Shown in pieces: positions 40,274 through 52,462 of a stretch of 64,000 bases of DNA (position 1 is the stretch's first letter; every line of letters begins with the position of its first letter). The stretch is from the NCBI GenBank assembly GCA_951406725.2, contig OX597814.1:128650001-128714000 (forward strand). The letters run 5' to 3'. Both the position numbers and the translations under genes were made by a program. Source of the stretch: Octopus vulgaris (lineage: Eukaryota). The notes under the pieces were generated by a model. The model was not told where the DNA came from. It saw nothing but the letters and a program-made list of their open reading frames with translations, and did no database searches.

Positions 40274-40917
40274 GAAATGGGTTCTGTATAAAAATGTCAA
40301 GTGCCAATGTCAAGTGCCAAAGGAGAAACACCAGCACCCCAGGATAAAGAATGCCTTCACCATGTAAGGTGTTGTTATCTGTTTGGTGGGATATGAAAAG
40401 TCTAGTACACTGAACTTTTTAAACCCAAATCAAATGATAACAAAAGAGATCTACTCTGAGCAGCTTGAGTGGCTTAAGTCAGCACTAGAAGGAAAATGAC
40501 CATCTTTGGTTTCAAGATGAAAGGCGTTCTTCCATCATACAGTATGTGCTTGGCCACATACAGTGAGGATGACATTCCAAAGGTTGGAACAGTTTGAATG
40601 GGAAACAATACCCCACTCACCATATTTGCTGGACATTGTCCCATCTGATTATCATTTATTCTGCAGTCTTCAAAATCATTTGGGTGGATAAAATATGAAT
40701 TCTGTGGATGAGGTCAGAACAGTACTGGAGGAGTATTTTTGATCACAGACAAGTGTATTTTGGAAGAGGGGCCTTGCAAGTCTACCAGATAGATGGAAGA
40801 GCATTGTAGAAAATGAAGGAGAGTATATCTTAGATTTAAAAAGAACTTTGTTTATCTTAATTTTGAAAAATAAAAGAAGGATAAAAAATACCCACATTAT
40901 TTATGGGATAACCCAAT
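40274..40917 (+). pseudogene. mariner transposase remnant with right end
   Basis: EKWVLY, LSVWWD, WETIPHSPYLLDIVPSDYHLF.SLQNHL and LPDRW..IVENEGEY; ends TTATTTATGGGATAACCCAAT. Confidence 0.85.
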
Positions 40918-41599
40918 TGAACGAATATTAATGATTAATCAGTGAAAGATTTTCAAATCAATCAGTTGATACATTTTAGATTGTGGACTAAAATGTATCA
41001 GATACCCAAACAGAATTCTACTCAGGAGGTCACTTGTACCTTGTTTAGAGTTAGCAGCTATTCAGAGTTGAAATAGATCCTGGTGTTGAAAATAAGTCTA
41101 GGCCATGTAACATGGATTTGACTATGTTATAGTTGTGTGAGCACATGAAAGGTCATCAGAAATTGCAATGAGGAAGTTTGTGAAAATTTGAATTGTATGT
41201 CATCTATGAGGAAGGTGGGTGTTGTTTTGTAAGTGTGTTTCATATTTGTTGTGGCTGTCTTTTGTTGCTATTGAAAGAGAAAGCGACCAGCTTGTCATGT
41301 CTCCACAGGAGGATGTTATGAAGGTCATTGTTCAGGGAAATAGAATATGTCTGATATGAGTTTATGAAATTACATACTGTGTGTGGAAAAGTTATCAATA
41401 AATGCCTGAAGATGTAACCAATATAGGAATGTGTTTTGCTGGAAATAATAGTGAGTTGGACATTAATGTAGAGAAAGACCTTATGTGTAGGGTACTTTAA
41501 CAAGCCAGAGGACACACCAGAGTTAATAGAAAATGGTTTAGAGAGGTCTCTGTTGATACATTGTAAAACTTAACACTTCCTTCTCCAAGCCTAGATTCT

Positions 41600-41950
41600 C
41601 AGTCGTCCAAACCATGACGATCAACAGGCGCAAAAAAAAGTTTTCTTTGTCCTTTCAAAAATTGATTGATCCTCTCCCTTTGACCTACGACCTCAGCCAT
41701 GTCAGGCGAAGTTCAAATGGACAGGAGCTGACCTATTCAGGTACAAACTCTGCTACAGTATGTCTGTCTTTCTAGCTGCCACAATTCTTATAAATACGCT
41801 TGTCAACAAAGACGAAGGTGAGAGAAAATACTGGCAGACAAACGAGAGAGGTCTACGACATGACAGATAGTTTGGGCAGACCGCAGAGACCGAAAGAAAT
41901 GTTCGAAGTGCCACGATAGACTACTGTCTCAAATGAACTACATGCACACA
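41600..41950 (+). pseudogene. Possible piggyBac transposase C-terminal remnant
   Basis: AGGCGAAGTTCAAATGGACAGGAGCTG reads as RRSxKWYRKL only after indel correction; a KCSKCH Cys motif lies downstream. Confidence 0.4.
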
Positions 41951-43039
41951 CACAAACATATTCATTCCTGATATATGACTTCCACAAATGTACTCTGTTT
42001 ATATTTCTAGCAACTCGTAGCAGTTGTCAACATTTTGTATGTAGTGAAGAATTATGTGTACCCATAACAAATCAAGTCCAGTGAATAAATTATTTTTAAT
42101 TATGGATTGGCTCACGCATTTGTTTACTTTAAAGACATACACATTCTATTTGCATCTGTTTTCCATGATACACACATAACCGCTACAACATGTTGCAATG
42201 TTGCATTCTAACATTCAACATTCTAACATTCAAGAGATTAGAAATGAGTGGAACCCTTGGGTGGGTAGGTTTAGTTGGAAATTTCAACCCAGTAAAATGT
42301 GGACTAAAGCCACCTCTTCCCCCATCAAATACTACCCCTCACTTAGCTGAGGTGGGTTGGGGTGGGCTTTTGACCTTTTTGCTTTGCTATTTCTTATTTT
42401 TTTTCCAGTTGTGCAAGTTATTTGACAATCTCACATGTGCTAGTGGCACACACACACACTAAAAAAAAAAGAAAAGAAAGCCCCTAGTACACACAATAAA
42501 GAAGCTGTCATAAGGTAGGACATTCAGCTTTAGAAATCAAACCAAAACAGAAAATGGAACACAACACAGATCTGTGGCTTTCCACATCCTGTTAAACTGT
42601 TTGACCCATGCTAGCATAGAGTACAGATAACAATGATGATGATGATGATGATGATGATGACAATGATGATGATGATGGTGGTGATGGTGGTGGTGGTGAT
42701 AGTGATGATTTTTATGCTAGTCATGGTTGAATGCATTGTTGATGACAAAAGCAACATCAGTACTATCGTTAAATTCACAAGGGTTAAAAACTATTGATAT
42801 TCAACTTAGGATAGAGACAAAATATTTCCATGGAGACGATTGGGGTATGTCACTGAGGAGAGGCAATGATTTAAGTTTATAAAGAAAGGGATTGTTTATG
42901 ACACATCCCTGCATTTTTGAAATGCTGGGAAAGAAAGAAATTACTTGATATTTGGCAGAGTCAATGTCAACTTGTTCTTTGGAGATTAAGTCATGCTTTT
43001 GAATGTTACCACAGGCTCATACACATAGAGGGAGAAAGG

Positions 43040-43296
43040 TGACCAAATTAGCAATGGTGGTGGATACTCTGAAAGTATTGTTTCTAGAATAAGAATAGGA
43101 TGGAGGAAGTTCAGAGAGCTGCTACCTCTGTTGGCAACAAAAGGACTCTCTCTCAGAGTGAAAGGTAGATTATATGATGCTTGTGTAGGAATGGCTATAC
43201 TCCATTGTCATGAGTCATGGACTCTGAATGCAGAAGACATGTATAGACTAGAAAGGAATGAAGGCAGTATGCTCTGCTGGATGTGCAGCATCAGTG
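43040..43296 (+). pseudogene. RTE LINE RT-thumb fragment
   Basis: RIRIGWRKFRELLPLL...LSLRVKGRLYDACV...ESW...RLERNE.SML.WMC. Confidence 0.8.
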
Positions 43297-43960
43297 TCTT
43301 GGCATCACTTACCAAGTCCTTTGTGAGCCATTCTCTGGCTATCTATCTGAGGCTTTATATAGCTATGGTGTGGCCTCACCTGGAATTTGCATCACTGGTC
43401 TTGAACCCCTATCTTGCCCAGGATATAAATTGTCTGGAAACTGTTCAGCAATGTGCAACCAAGAGAATACCCTCCATCAGGCATCTGCCATATTCTGAAT
43501 GCCTTACTTCCCTGGGCATGGATACATTGAAACACTGATGTCTGGCAACTGACTTGGCAGACACCCATAAAATTATTAACCATTTTACTAATAATAACTC
43601 TGAGCACCTTTTCAAACTCAACCTGTCTAACACCTGTGGACATGCTTACAATATCAGAAAATAGCACAGCTCCCATGACTTTTGGAAACATTTTTTCACA
43701 CTAAGAGTTGCTGAAGTATGGAATAAACTGATGGCATCAGTTGTTAGTTGTCAGAGCACTGCATCCTTCAAAACTTCCATGCTTCCTGAGATTCACCAAC
43801 ACTACACCTGATTTTCTCCCCTCCATACACACGCAAGTATGTAACTGACTCATACACTGTTCACTTCCCAGACATTTGTACATTACTGCATATGCTTTAT
43901 ATGCACTTTTGACAAGTTGCAGCTGTGCACTGTATACAATAATTTCATTATTATTATTAC
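43297..43960 (+). pseudogene. CR1-clade LINE 3' fragment
   Basis: PHLEFAS...NPYL..DI..LE.VQ..ATK.I...L.Y.E.L..L, ending in an (ATT)n tail. Confidence 0.85.
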
Positions 43961-44243
43961 TATCATCATTATCATTATTATTCATAGCTTTATCTACTTT
44001 GAGCTTATCAGTTAAAAACAAATTATTTTCACATCTCTCAAAATTTCTAAATATTTATGATGTAAATTCTTGCATTTCCAGCCACATCTTTATGAAAACA
44101 CTTTGATATCATAAGTTCTGGAGTGTTACATTTTGTGAAAGCCACATCTCCCTTTTTCAACAGGGCAATTAATCTCTACAGTATATTTGCTGTCTAGAAA
44201 CAAGTCTGCAGGGATTTTGATATGTTCACAACCTTAACCCTAA

Positions 44244-45227
44244 CACTTTCGTTACCAAACCGCCCAAAGCCGCCTGAAAAAAATTTTGGTTAATGTGACC
44301 AAACCGCCCAAACCCGCCCGAATTTACCTATTCATATTTAAATGAGAATATCAGAGCAAATCTCTTTAGTACATTCGTGAAAACATGTGATTATACTTTG
44401 TAAACAGTTAATCTACAGTTTTGTACAAAGATCGACGTGTAATTTTAATTCCCTGAATTTTGGGAGATTTTTTTCCACATTTTTTTTGGCATCGATTTTT
44501 CTTCAACTTTGAAAATGGATTGGAGTTTCATGTTATCAAGCATTGATTCCGAATTGGAAAATTTGTGAAGCAAATACTGGGTACTGTTGTGGATTTAGTT
44601 TTTAAACAGGGAAACTAATGTTAGTCAGCATGGCTTAGGGTATGATGTGGTCTGGAAGTTATTCTTTGAAGCGATCAATGCGGAAACAAACTTACGCAAA
44701 ATGTAAACAAACACAAAATGGGGGTTCAAATTTCGGAAAATTTGTGAAGCAAATACTGGGTACTGCGTGGATTTAGTTTTTATACAGGGAAAATAATGTT
44801 AGTCAGCATGGCCTAGGGAACGATGTGGTCTGGAATTTATCACTTCCATACCATAACCAGGGCCGTATATTATTTTTTGACCGATTTCTTTAGTTCGGTC
44901 AAACTTCCGGTGGATTCCAGTATTTCACTTTATTCCACCTTTATGGTACGCCTGTTGTGCATTAAATTCAAGTGATGAATTTAAAATTTTAATATTTTTA
45001 CCTTTTGCTCAATTTACCTGTAATTAAAGTCACTTTAAGACAAAAGTTATGCAATAGAATTGATTAAGAACCCTTTCTTTAATTATGTTCCAAATATCAC
45101 ATTAATATGTTGATAAGTAAAAAAGTTACAGTTATTTAATGAAACAAGCCTAGATTCATGATTATTTTAGAATTTAATTGAAACTAATGAGGGGTGTATT
45201 TTGGTCAGAAATATAGTAACGAAAGGG
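44244..45227. mobile_element. piggyBac-type non-autonomous element with CTAA target duplication and an internal ~110-bp direct repeat
   Basis: CTAA|CACTTTCGTTAC ... GTAACGAAAGGG|CTAA; 44555-44665 repeats at 44734-44840. Confidence 0.75.
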
Positions 45228-45651
45228 CTAAACTTGATTCTGTGACCTACTCTGCTGATGCCAAACAATAGTTCCCTCTCTAAATAATAACAGTCACACT
45301 ACTGCCACCACCACTACTGTTCTCACCATTTCCACTACCACCATCATCACCACCACCATCATCACCATCACCACCACTGTCACCACCATCACTAATACCG
45401 CCACTATCACCAACAATAACAAATGCTGTTTTTCTCTCTGACATACAAGATTTTCAGTTGCCATTCAACAATTCCTGGTCTGCTGTCTTGTGGTGTGCTC
45501 CTGCTGTTACAGCAACAGTACTTGAACATGAATATGTCTCCATTAACCTATAACAAGATGGGTAACATAAAGATATCATGTTGTTGTTATTTAGCCTCAC
45601 ATCAATAATAATCCAGCCAGTCTAATTATGATCAAAGATGTTACAGGTGTA

Positions 45652-45882
45652 TATTTCTTTACTACCCTCAAGGGGCTAAACACAGAGGGGACAAACAAGG
45701 ACAGGCAAACGGATTAAGTCGATTACATCGACCCCAGTGCGAAACTGGTACTTAATTTATCGACCCCAAAAGAATGAAAGGCAAAGTCGACCTCGGCGAA
45801 TTTGAACTCAGAACATAACGACAAACGAAATACCACTAAGCATTTTGCCCGGCACGCTAACGCTTCTGCCAGCTCGCCGCCC
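45652..45882 (-). mobile_element. SINE family B
   Basis: Matches the family consensus. Confidence 0.9.
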
Positions 45883-45987
45883 TGTCCAGGTATTCCAGGT
45901 GTAATCATTTTATGCTTTTTTTGTTTTTGCTTTTTGCAATATGTATCTAGAGCTGCATTATTCAATGCATTATTCATTATTCATTGA

Positions 45988-46602
45988 TAGAGCGGCTAAC
46001 CGGCTTCCATGCCAGTGGCACATAAAAGGCACCATTCAAGCGTGATCGTTACCAGCATCGCATTACTGGTACTCGAGCTCTGTGCTAGTAGGGTATTAAG
46101 AGCACCATCCGAGTATGATCGTTGCCAGAGCGGCTATCTGACCTCCGTGCCGGCAGCTCGTAAAAAACACCATTCGAGCGTGATCGTTACCAGCATCGCA
46201 TTACTGGTACTCGAGCCCCGTGCTAGTAGAGTATTAAGAGCACCATCCAAGTATGATCATTGCCAGAGCGGCTATCTGGCCTCCATGCCGGTGGCATGTA
46301 AAAAACACCATTTGAGCATGATGGTTACCGGCATCGCCTTACTGGCACCCACGCCGGTGGCACGTGTAAAAGATTCGAGCAAGGTTGTTGCCAGTGCTGC
46401 CTGATTGGCCCCGTGCCAGTGGCATGTAAAAGCAGCCACTACACTCTCGGAGTGGTTGGTGTTAGGAAGGGCATCCAGCTGTAGAAACTCTGCAGATCAA
46501 GATTGAAGCCAGGTGCAGCCATCTGGTTCGCCAAACCCTCAGTCATACGTCCGACCCATGCTAGCATAGTAAGCAGACGTTAATCGATGATGATGATGAT
46601 GA
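45988..46602 (+). mobile_element. RTE 3'UTR remnant with 138-bp higher-order repeat
   Basis: AGCGGCTA at 45991, 46129 and 46267. Confidence 0.85.
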
Positions 46603-46916
46603 ACATTGTAATATTTGAAACATCAAGAATTATTAACAGTAGACATCATAGGGTTAACAAATTCCCAACTGCATTTCCATAACCATCTTCCTCGTCATTT
46701 TTGCACCTAACATGGATGGAACTGGTCTACATTGCATATAGCTTCACATTTCAATTCTCCATCATCTTGTCTGCGAGACCCAATACTAGAAAACAAAGTG
46801 GAGGAAATAACTCTAAGTAGCTGTCAGTGACTAGTTAAGTATATATTTATGGCTATGCTATGCAGAGATTTCATTTATTTATTGCTTATTCAAATGACAT
46901 AGTTACTAAAGGCTAA

Positions 46917-47305
46917 TCTTTCTATATATAAAGCTGAAGTTGTCTGTGTATGGCAGGTTTGGTCGCCTTCAACTAACACTATCTCCTCTGAGACCCTGCA
47001 GTGCAAGTTGACCAAAATTGAAAGTATGATAGAAGGCTTGCTCTTCCTTCCGTAGAAGAAAAAATTCAAATCAGACCATGTTAACACCAAAAATTATTTA
47101 CACCAAAAAGGTGCTTTTTTTCTATGAAAATCCCTATTTTTTACGATTTATTGACTGCTGTGTCGCCATTTTTCAGCGTATTTCAACCAGCAAAATGTTC
47201 ACTTAAAGAGAATAACAAGCTCCATAATGCAAAATTTTTACTTTTCAAAAATTCCAATTCTAAAGGGTCGAAACAAATCCGAGCAACGTCGGGTGATACT
47301 GCTAG
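46917..47305 (+). mobile_element. Non-autonomous Helitron
   Basis: A|TCTTTCTATATATAAA start; the CCGAGCAACGTCGGG-TGATACTGCTAG end is shared with 11880-12262. Confidence 0.75.
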
Positions 47306-48130
47306 AATATATAAAAGTAATTTGAACAAACGTTTCTATAGTGCAATCATTTGTCCAAATAGAAAGTCCTTTACCCATAGCACAATCTGCACTTAAGCTT
47401 TAACTTAAAGCGCAATTTATCATTGTGTTATGCGGATTGGTAACAAAGTGAATATTATTTCTACCCATCAGACAAAAGCATGCAATGAATACAGAGATAT
47501 CTTTGTTATATAATAAGGTCAAATCAAATTTTTTATGAAACACATGACATTTGTTTAACACTTTTGATATTAACCTGCCTAAGACTGTCATTGGATCTCT
47601 AACACACACTCTCTATTTCAAAGTAGTCTAATTAAAGCCTATTCTTTGTTATTTTAAGAATTAACTGAAACAGTGGCAGTGTAGTTTAACAGAAATATGG
47701 TAACAAAAGAATGAAAGAATGAACTGGCAGTATACATATAGTAAATTTGTTACGAGCGAAAAACAAGTGAAATAAGCATAATTTGTGTCAAAGGTGAAGC
47801 AAAGATGACTGAGTTAACAGGGTCCCTATCAGACAACTTGTCTGAGTGGCTGACAATTTCTATCTAATTATCAGTGTTGTATCATGTCAGTGACTAAGAT
47901 AATTAGCACCAAATGGGCAAGAACCCAAATTTGGGTGACATAATTTCCCACTATAAATAATATAAATGGTGTAGGTTTGATATGTAGCATGTTAATTTGG
48001 GATATTGAGGTTCATTCAAGCAGCAGAAAATATAATTTGCAATGGAAACAATATCAACTCTATAAGATTTATCTCTCGTTTAAAAATACTCCATCATATA
48101 TCTTTGATCTAAACACTGATTCTTCATTTT

Positions 48131-48583
48131 CTTATTTCATTTTTGCCCACAAGGGGCTAAACATAGAAGGGACAAACAAGGACAGATAAAGGGATTACGT
48201 CAATTACATCGACCCCACTGCGTAACTGGTACTTAGTTTATCGATCCCGAAAGGATGAAACACAAAGTCAACCTTGGCGGAATTTGAACTCAGAGCGTAA
48301 TGGCAGATGAAGTACCGCTAAGCATTTCGCCCAGTGTGCTTACGTTTCTTATTTCTTTATTGCCCGCAAGGGGCTAAACATAGAGGGGACAAACAAGGAC
48401 AGACAAACGGATTAAGTCGATTACATCGACCCCAGTGTGTAACTGGCACTTATTTAATCAACCCCGAAAGGATGAAAGGCAAAGCTGACCTCAGCGGAAT
48501 TTGAACTCAGAACGTAATGGCAGACGAAATACCGCAAAGCATTTCACCTGGTGTGCTAACATTTCTGCTAGCTCACTGCCTTA
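48131..48583 (-). mobile_element. SINE family B head-to-tail dimer
   Basis: Two copies bracketed by the direct repeat CTGATTCTTCATTT. Confidence 0.85.
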
Positions 48584-48676
48584 ATTTTTCGCCTGATTCT
48601 TCATTTCTCTACATCTCTACAGTAGGCTAAAATATAAAAAGACTTTTACTTTTCCTTATGTGCATATACAAATATA

Positions 48677-49102
48677 TCATCATCATCATTTAACATCTGC
48701 CTTCCATGCTAGCATGGGTGGGACAGTTTCACAAGAGCTGGCCAGGCAGAAGCCTACACCAGACTTCTGTGACTGTTTTGGCAGGATTTTTATGGCTGGA
48801 TGCCTTTCCTAACACCGACCACTCAGCAGAGTGGACTTAGTGCATTTTACATGGCACAAACACAGGTGAGGTCAGTTTTGGCAAGGTTTTTACAGCTGGA
48901 TGCCCTTCTAAACACTAATCACTTTACAGTGTGGACTGGGTGCTTTAATGTAACAGGATCATCAAATACTTGCACGACCAAAAAGAAAAAAAAAATTCAG
49001 GAGAGGAGTGGGCATTGGAGACATCTTGTGTCAGATGGTGAAAGGTTATAGTGAGACAGAAACAGGTGTCTTGCTGTAAAGGAAGTACAAGGTTACCTAG
49101 CC

Positions 49103-49167
<65 letters not shown>

Positions 49168-51078
49168 TCAGGAATGAAGATAGAAACAGTTGTACTATGG
49201 CAAAGGAAATACATGGTTATCTAACCTGAGGGAAGTGCAGGAGAAGGAGCAAGATAATGGGAGACAGCAGGATAGAAATGGTGGCAAAATGCCAAGCATA
49301 GTCACAAGGGAAAGGGATCAGAATATAAATGGGATGATTGAGTAAAGGCAGAGAGAGATATAGATGGTGGCAAGTGCTAGGACATACCCTTGAGATTTGA
49401 ACAGCATAATATAAGTGGCACGATATTGCAAAGGAAGTGTGATTAAAGAGTCGGAAGGGATGAGGAGTGAGTGGCGAAAACTTGGGTATATATAGAGTTG
49501 GAGGTGGGGGTGGGTGCTATACAGAGGAACAGGGCTGTGAGGACAGGATTGGGAAGTGAGAATTAGGCATAGTGTACAAAGGAGGAAATGTGAGGAAGCA
49601 AAGAGATGTGGAAATGTAGATTGGTTTTTTGGGGTAGGGTGTGTGAAAAGTTTTCTTGCTATGTGTGAGTGGAACACACAGGTTGGGGGCTAGCAGATAG
49701 CAATAATACAATGAGACAGGGCATGTGGGTGGAACACACAGGTCGGGGGGGCTAGCAGAGAGCAATGACGCAGTGGCACAGGGCCAAGAGAACAGGAATG
49801 GAAAGTGGGAGATAAGCATAGTGCATGAAACGGAAATGTGAGGAAGAGAAGAGATATAGAGATGTAGTTTGGTTTGTTGTAGCAGGAGAGAAGTTTTCTT
49901 GTTAAGTGTGGGTGGAACACACAGTGCTTCTAGAACACAATTTCACTGACATGGGTGGGTCTTCTCTAGAACTTCATATCACCAGACATCTTGGTCCATT
50001 GTTATTTTCTCCATGAAACCAACATCTTAAAATTGGTCCTTACCTATTTCTTTACTACCCACAAGGGGCTACACAGAGAGGGGACAAACAAGGACAGATA
50101 AACGGATTAAGTCGATTATATCGACCCCAGTATGTAACTAGTACTTATTGACCCCGAAAGGATGAAAGGCAAAGTCGACCTTGGCGGAATTTGAACTCAG
50201 AATGTAGTGGCAGACGAAATACTGCTAAGCATTTCGCCCAGCGTGCTAACATTTCTGCCAGCTCGCCACCTTATTGGTCCTTACCACTTCATCCCACATC
50301 TTCCTGGGTCTCCCTCTTCCATGGGTACCATCCACTTTCAGTGATTGGCATGGCTTTATGTAGTTGTCCTCATTCATATGCATCACATGTCCAAACCAAC
50401 ATAGTCTTCTCTCTTGCATGCTACATTTGATTTCTCTTATGCCCAACTTTTCTCTCAATACATTTGCACTTTGCCATACATGTACACTGATGTTTCACAT
50501 CCAATGGAGCATACTATCATAATTTCTCCACAGTCTACACGTCTTCTGCATTCAGAACCCATGTCTCACTATCATGGAACAGCCTACCTTTCACTCCGAA
50601 AGAGGGTCCCATTGTTGCTAACAAAGATGATAGCTCTCTGAACTTCCTCCACCTAATTCTTACTATACCTTCAGAGCATCCTCCACCATTGTTAATTTGA
50701 CCACCTAGGTAACAGAAACTATCTACAACCTCAAGAGAGTCTCCTGAGCATTTGAGAGAATCTAAGTCTTGTGTGCTCTTAGTGCTTACTGTTCTTGCAC
50801 ATCTGCGACATACAAAGACAACATTATCTGTTAATCTACTTGTAATTCCACTCCATCTCTTATGTGTCCATAGCTTTTACTGGGTGCTGCAAATGGACTT
50901 TCTTCCAACTTCTTTCCTACATATTGAGCAGAGCCATTTACCTCACAGAAAGAGAGTTTTATCTTCTTTCTTACTAGCAACAACTTTGATCTTAGCTAGG
51001 TTAACTTTAAAGCCCTTTGATTCCAGATTTTGTTTCCATACCTGGAATTTCTTCTCCAATTCTGCTAAAGATTCTGCA
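48677..51078 (-). mobile_element. 5'-truncated RTE LINE with Cys/His insert and long 3'UTR
   Basis: AESLAELEKKFQVWKQNLESKGFKVNLAK, QERRLCWFGHV and GRGRPRKMWDEVV; the 3'UTR ends in the family C-type terminus and (ATG)n. Confidence 0.75.
50045..50272 (-). mobile_element. SINE family B inserted in the RTE, 13-bp TSD
   Basis: ATTGGTCCTTACC at 50032-50044 and 50273-50285. Confidence 0.9.
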
Positions 51079-51112
51079 CTATATATATATATATATATAA
51101 GAGTGTATATGC

Positions 51113-51147
<35 letters not shown>

Positions 51148-51214
51148 AGTGTATATGCAGTTATATATATATATATATATATATATATAACTTCCTCACA
51201 CACATATGTAAAGC

Positions 51215-51383
51215 TGGTGACATGCCATGCTTGAGGGGACCTATTGAGTCAAGTACATCATCTACATCAAAATCAGATCAAATCACAATCAAAGGGAAAT
51301 TGTAGTTGTGGCTGATGCCAGCACCGCTTGTCTGGCTCCTCGTGCCAGTGGCACATAAAAAGCACCATCCAAAGGTATATATA

Positions 51384-51422
<39 letters not shown>

Positions 51423-51755
51423 TCATCATCATCGTTTAACGTCCGCTTTCCATGCTGGCATGGGTTGGATGGTTTGACTGAAGGCTGGCAATCCAGAAGG
51501 CTGGCAATCCAGAAGGCTGCACCAGTCTCCAATTTGATCTGGCAGAGTTTCTACAGCTGGATGCCCTTCCTAGCGCCAACCACTCTGAGAGTGTAGTTGG
51601 TGCTTTTACATGCCACCAGCACAAGGGCCAGTCCAGCGGCACTGGCAATGACCATGCTCGAATGGTGCTTTTTACGCATGCCACCTGCACAGGAGCCAGT
51701 CAGCAGCCCTGGTAACGATCACACTGAAATGGTGCTTTTTGCTCAAATGGTGCTT
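51215..51755. mobile_element. Two opposed RTE 3'UTR remnants (51215-51372 +, 51420-51755 -) around (TA)n
   Basis: Family C sequence in both orientations. Confidence 0.75.
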
Positions 51756-52462
51756 AGGTTTCTTTCAGTCTCTACCGACCAAATTCATTCGCTAGGCTTT
51801 AGTCATCCCATGGCTATAGTAGTAGACACTTGTCCCAGTGAGAAAGAATTGAAACCATGTGGCTTTGAAGCAAACTTCTTAACTACACAACTATGTCTGC
51901 ACCTATTCTTATATAGAAATGATTTGTACTTGTTTTGCAATTTACATAATTTGAGAATCATGTGTTGAAGCAATGGCAGAATCACATTAACTATTTAAAA
52001 CCCATTTATGTCTACTATATTCACATTTGTGATAATATCATATATAATATCATAATATCATACAAAGTGTTGATAATTATCACACACCTATGACCTGGTC
52101 ATTGATATAATTTCACCACACCACAATTGTTACATTAGGGAGAACTGTTCTCACAATACAAGACCATAAATGTCTCACAATAATATAACAATGAGTTACA
52201 TATGTTTTAAATGGCTATCATGAGTTTCTGTAACATATACCACATATATTGGTTTCAAATTTTGGCACATGGTCAACAGTTTCAGAGAAGGGAGTAAGCT
52301 GATTACATCAATCCCCATTGTTCAACTGGTGCTTATTTTATCAACCCCGAAAGGATAAAAGACATAGGTGACCCCAGCAGAATTTGAACTCACAATGGAT
52401 GAAATACTGCTAAGTATTTTGCCCGGCGTGCTAATGATTCTGCCAGCTTTGTCATGTACCAC

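Noticed and set aside
43131-43538. 135-aa ORF as a novel fusion protein
   Set aside because: Chance in-frame junction of decayed RTE and CR1 fragments
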